A stretch of DNA of 26,035 bases from Octopus sinensis (taxonomy: Eukaryota). Location of the stretch: the NCBI RefSeq assembly GCF_006345805.1, contig NW_021836754.1, positions 1 to 26,035 on the forward strand, given 5' to 3'. Positions 22,581-26,035 of the stretch are shown here, piece by piece. The first letter of the stretch is position 1; each line of letters opens with the position of its first letter. The translations under genes were made by a program, and so were the position numbers. The notes below the pieces were generated by a model. The model made no database searches. It saw only the letters and a program-made list of their open reading frames with translations, and was not told where the DNA came from.

Positions 22581-23001
22581 TTATATTTGTGTGCGTGTAT
22601 GTAAAGTAGCGATTGATTACTTAGAAGATGTGAAACATCTCATCTTATGTAAAATGAAAACATCATTGGGTAACTGCTTCGAAACCGAAAACTGTTCACA
22701 GATTATAAATCTATATCTGTAACCATAAATCACTGATGCATTTGGCGAAGTTATTAAGTGTCTCAGTGACACTGTTGAGTGTTAAAGTAATAAAGTTAAA
22801 CAACGTTGTAACATGTAAATTCGCATATATTCAACGTTACGTTTTACTGTTGGTTTGATACATTAATTCCAATGCTAGAGCGTTGATTCTTAGGTGCCAG
22901 CCGCATCTTTAGAGGACGTTATCAAAGTACTGAACAGTGGAAGGAATGCAAATACACAGATGTACCAACACACAAAACACACACGCACGCACACACACAT
23001 A

Positions 23002-23054
<53 letters not shown>

Positions 23055-23141
23055 ACACACACACACGCACACATAGATGCCGGATCCCCGAGAACGATTT
23101 CAATAAAATATGATAAAAAAAGATAATATAGTATCTACTCA

Positions 23142-23531
23142 TTTACTTGTTTCAGTCATTTGACTGCGGCCATGCTGGAGCACCGCCTTTAGTCGAGCAA
23201 ATGGACCCCAGGACTTATTCTTTGGAAGCCTTATGCTACTTATTCTATCGGTGTATTTTGCCGAACCGCTAAGTTACGGGGACCTAAACACACCACCTTC
23301 AGTTGTCAAGCGATGTTGGGGGGACAAACACAGACACACAAACATATACACACATATACATATATATATATACATATATATATATATACATATATAGGAC
23401 GGCCTTCTTTCAGTTTCCGTCAACCAAATCCACTCACAAGGCTTTGGTCGACCCGAGGCTATAGTAGAAGACATTTGTCCAAGGAGCCATGCAGTGGGAC
23501 TGAACCCGGAACTATGTGGCTAGTAAGCAAG
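23142..23531 (-). mobile_element. SINE family C, body and 3' part (split by insertion)
   Basis: B box GGGTTCAGTCCC on the minus strand, internal (TA/TG) tract; breaks at AGTAAGCAAG and continues at 25815. Confidence 0.9.
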
Positions 23532-23864
23532 ATACTTTATTTCAAAGATTTTGCCATAAAGGCATGACACAGAGTAGTTTGGGGGCTGGACAAAAACACT
23601 GATGAGGTGAATGATGAAAAAAAGATGATATTAATGGGAGAAGACAAAAAAGGCCCGCCGATTTTTTGCTTCTCTAAAACATTATTCTCTTCTGTTAAAA
23701 GACAAAATGAGGTATTGAACATCTTACTTCAGCTTTACTATTATCGGACTTAATAGTCCATTTAAATATTGGGGTTTTAAGCCTCTTAAACACAATAACA
23801 TACAATAAACATTAAACATTATACAATAAACATTATAATACTGAGTCTTTTCAATCTCTTGTCA

Positions 23865-25111
23865 CTATTCCTCCCCAACATCGCTTGTGCCTGTATACTC
23901 CGCCATAACCCACGCCTCATTCAAGACCAAAGCGGGTTCCGAGTCGGCATCGCCAGGACACAAGCGATATTTCTCATTGAGTCCATACACATCACGGGTA
24001 ACATTATGACCTCCACATCTATCTGCGGAGGCCATTCGGGATCCTGTCTGAAGGTTAAAGGTACTCCCTTGTGGTGCTTTTCCATCGCCTTTTGTACCTC
24101 TCCGCCTCTGTAGAAAGAGACGAATAGCTCGTATTCATCCGGGTTCAGGTAGTCAATTCTACCGTTGGCGGCACAATTCCCCCCAACGGTGTCTCTTTCC
24201 CTGCCGGTGGCACAACCCCTACCGCCAAGGTTCCGGGACATTCAGGTGCTATATCCGGTGCTATTCCGGGACATTCCGATGCTATATCCCGTTTCTCTTC
24301 TTCTTCCTCTTTTTTTCTTCCCAACTGAGGGAGGGTGCGTCTCCTCCGTGACAAGGAGATTCAACTCCCCTGCCTCATCCCATTGTTGCTCACCTTCTTC
24401 CTCTTGCGGCCCTTCTTTGAGGAGTCCTCCGCCTTCTCGCCCGCCTTCGTTCCTTCTTTTACAGATGTCTCAACTGCTCCAGAACTTTGCTTTGTTCCTG
24501 AGGACAGTTTTTCTTTATATGGCCAGGCTCCAGGCACCGATGACACATGGGGAGGGGCGACCATCAAGAATCACCGGGTACTTGCACCCGGCCACTTTCA
24601 AAAGATCTGGCATAACCAGATTCATGGCTAATTGGTTCCACAGGGTCAAAATAGCTTTTGACCCAACCCAATCAGCCGCAGGAAGAATTTTCACATTGAG
24701 GAGCCTTGCTCCGCTGCCACCCAGACACCGACGGATAGTATCCTCTATTCACTCGGGTTCAATTCCGGGTGGCAAACCACAGACCCAAGCCCTCGTCAAC
24801 TTTTTCCCGCGATAAGTGGGAAGAAACAAAATTTCTCTACCATCAAAATGCTGACTCGTAAAACTGCGAGCCTCCTCTGGGATGTCAAATAGCAACCACA
24901 CTGTTGCATATTTGACGCTCCTAGAGATATACTTAATGGTTGGCTGATGCTCCGCCAACTCCTGCTCAATCAGCTGCTTGGAGAAGACGGCAATGGTGTC
25001 GAGAACCTTTGAATACGTTCTCAACACCACCCTCCTCTCTTCTTGCTGTCTGAACCACTCCTTAAGTGGGACAATCTCCCACTCTACAATATTATCCCTA
25101 TTTTTTGCCAT
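23865..25111 (-). pseudogene. L1/Tx1-type ORF1 (gag-like nucleic-acid-binding protein) with CCHC zinc knuckle; disrupted
   Basis: MAKNRDN...VCGLPPGIEPE*(TGA at 24749)IEDTI...MPDLLKVAGCKYPVILDGR, frameshift in a C run, then CHRCLEPGHIKKNC at 24545-24504, a basic KKGRKRKK segment and a C-terminal region in further frames. The stop position is approximate. Confidence 0.8.
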
Positions 25112-25311
25112 GTTTTAAATTAAAAAGTCAAAATAGTTCACAAATTTCAAAAAGAAAAGAGAGAAATCAAAAGGAAGCAAAAAAGAAGAAGAAAAAAAGC
25201 AACAGTTCAATAGAAGAAGAAAACAACAGTTCAACAAACTCAGAAAAAAAATCTTCTGGGCATTCAGATACTCCAAGCGCTATGATACTCCGATTAGAAC
25301 CTAAACTGATC

Positions 25312-25598
25312 CACTTGAAATACAGCTTTCCAATTATTGGCAAATGTAGTTGTAAAAACACACACTATTCACAAACAGCGAACAAGTTTTGGTGGCAGGA
25401 TACGCCACCAAACTATACTTCTCACAATGAGAAAAATATTTTCACTTAATGGGAACACTTGAAATACAGCTTTCCAATTATTGGTAAACGTTGTTGTAAA
25501 AACACACACTATTCACAAAAGGTGAACAACTTTTGGTTGAAGGATATGCCCCCAAACTAAACTTCTCACAATGAGAAAAAAATTTCACTTAATGTGAA
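25312..25598. repeat. Tandem 144-bp monomers (x2) in the element 5' UTR
   Basis: CACTTGAAATACAGCTTTCCAATTATTGG starts at 25312 and 25456; the copies differ by scattered substitutions. Confidence 0.95.
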
Positions 25599-25814
25599 CA
25601 ATATTGCTGAACTGCAAGCAGACCAACATCCTGAATCCACTGAGGGCTCCTTATTTGTAAAAATATAACCAGAGACAACAACCCCCACTGGACCCAAGAG
25701 ACAAGAGCCTTACCTTGCAGCACCTACTTTTTCGCTGGTTAAACACCGCCAGCTATCTTCCTCAGTGCACGACACAATGACGGATGCGTACACTGACAAC
25801 AAATACTCATGGGA

Positions 25815-25853
25815 AGTAAGCAAGCTACTTACCACACAGCCACTCCTGTGCCT
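25815..25853 (-). mobile_element. SINE family C 5' head (A box), separated from its body
   Basis: Minus strand AGGCACAGGAG TGGCTGTGTGG TAAGTAGCTTGCTTACT joins directly to 23521 once the insert and one TSD copy are removed. Confidence 0.88.
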
Positions 25854-26035
25854 ATATATACCGTATTTTAACGTGTATAAGGAACCCTTCTTTGTCAAAA
25901 ATTAAGTTAAAATGTAGGCGTTTCTTATACATGGATAGTATTATAATCCCTTACAAAACCTTTTTATCAAATTTGAAGCCAAAAAATTTGGGGTTCTTAT
26001 ACCGTTTAAAATAATACGGTACGTACATATATATG

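Larger units (their letters stand above)
23532..25814 (-). mobile_element. 2283-bp ORF1-only non-LTR retroelement (HAL1-like architecture) with TSD
   Basis: TSD AGTAAGCAAG at 23522-23531 and 25815-25824; ~700-nt 5' UTR, ORF1, ~330-nt 3' UTR ending AATAAAG; no room for EN or RT. Confidence 0.8.

Noticed and set aside
24165-24815. 216-aa plus-strand ORF
   Set aside because: Antisense shadow of the GC-richer minus-strand ORF1; no recognisable motif.
25718-25775. Hammerhead-like string near the 5' end of the ORF1-only element (minus: CTGAGGA AGATA GCTGG..CCAGC GAAA AAGTA)
   Set aside because: There are five extra nucleotides before stem II, no stem III, and stem I would consume C3. Probably a chance hairpin, though worth rechecking on a family consensus.

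Overview
AT-rich, microsatellite-saturated eukaryotic non-coding DNA (intron or intergenic). The repeat families look like those of Octopus; this is recognition from memory, not a database result. I see no host protein-coding exon, and almost all listed ORFs are artefacts of simple repeats. The window is a mosaic of transposon debris: at least four tRNA-derived SINE families, a non-autonomous Helitron, a decayed mariner transposase, LINE remnants, and many short Penelope-like (PLE) fragments anchored at (TA)n runs. Two things stand out. (1) There are eight type-I hammerhead-ribozyme (HHR) folds of unrelated sequence plus three half-motifs. They include a recurrent variant core, a 472-bp tandem dimer, a copy that begins exactly at the predicted cleavage site, and fold-back palindromes. 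(2) A 2.28-kb element bounded by a target-site duplication (TSD) encodes only an L1/Tx1-type ORF1 with a CCHC knuckle and no reverse transcriptase. It sits inside the tRNA head of a SINE and shares a 3' stem-loop/AATAAAG motif with a LINE tail and a SINE tail elsewhere in the window.
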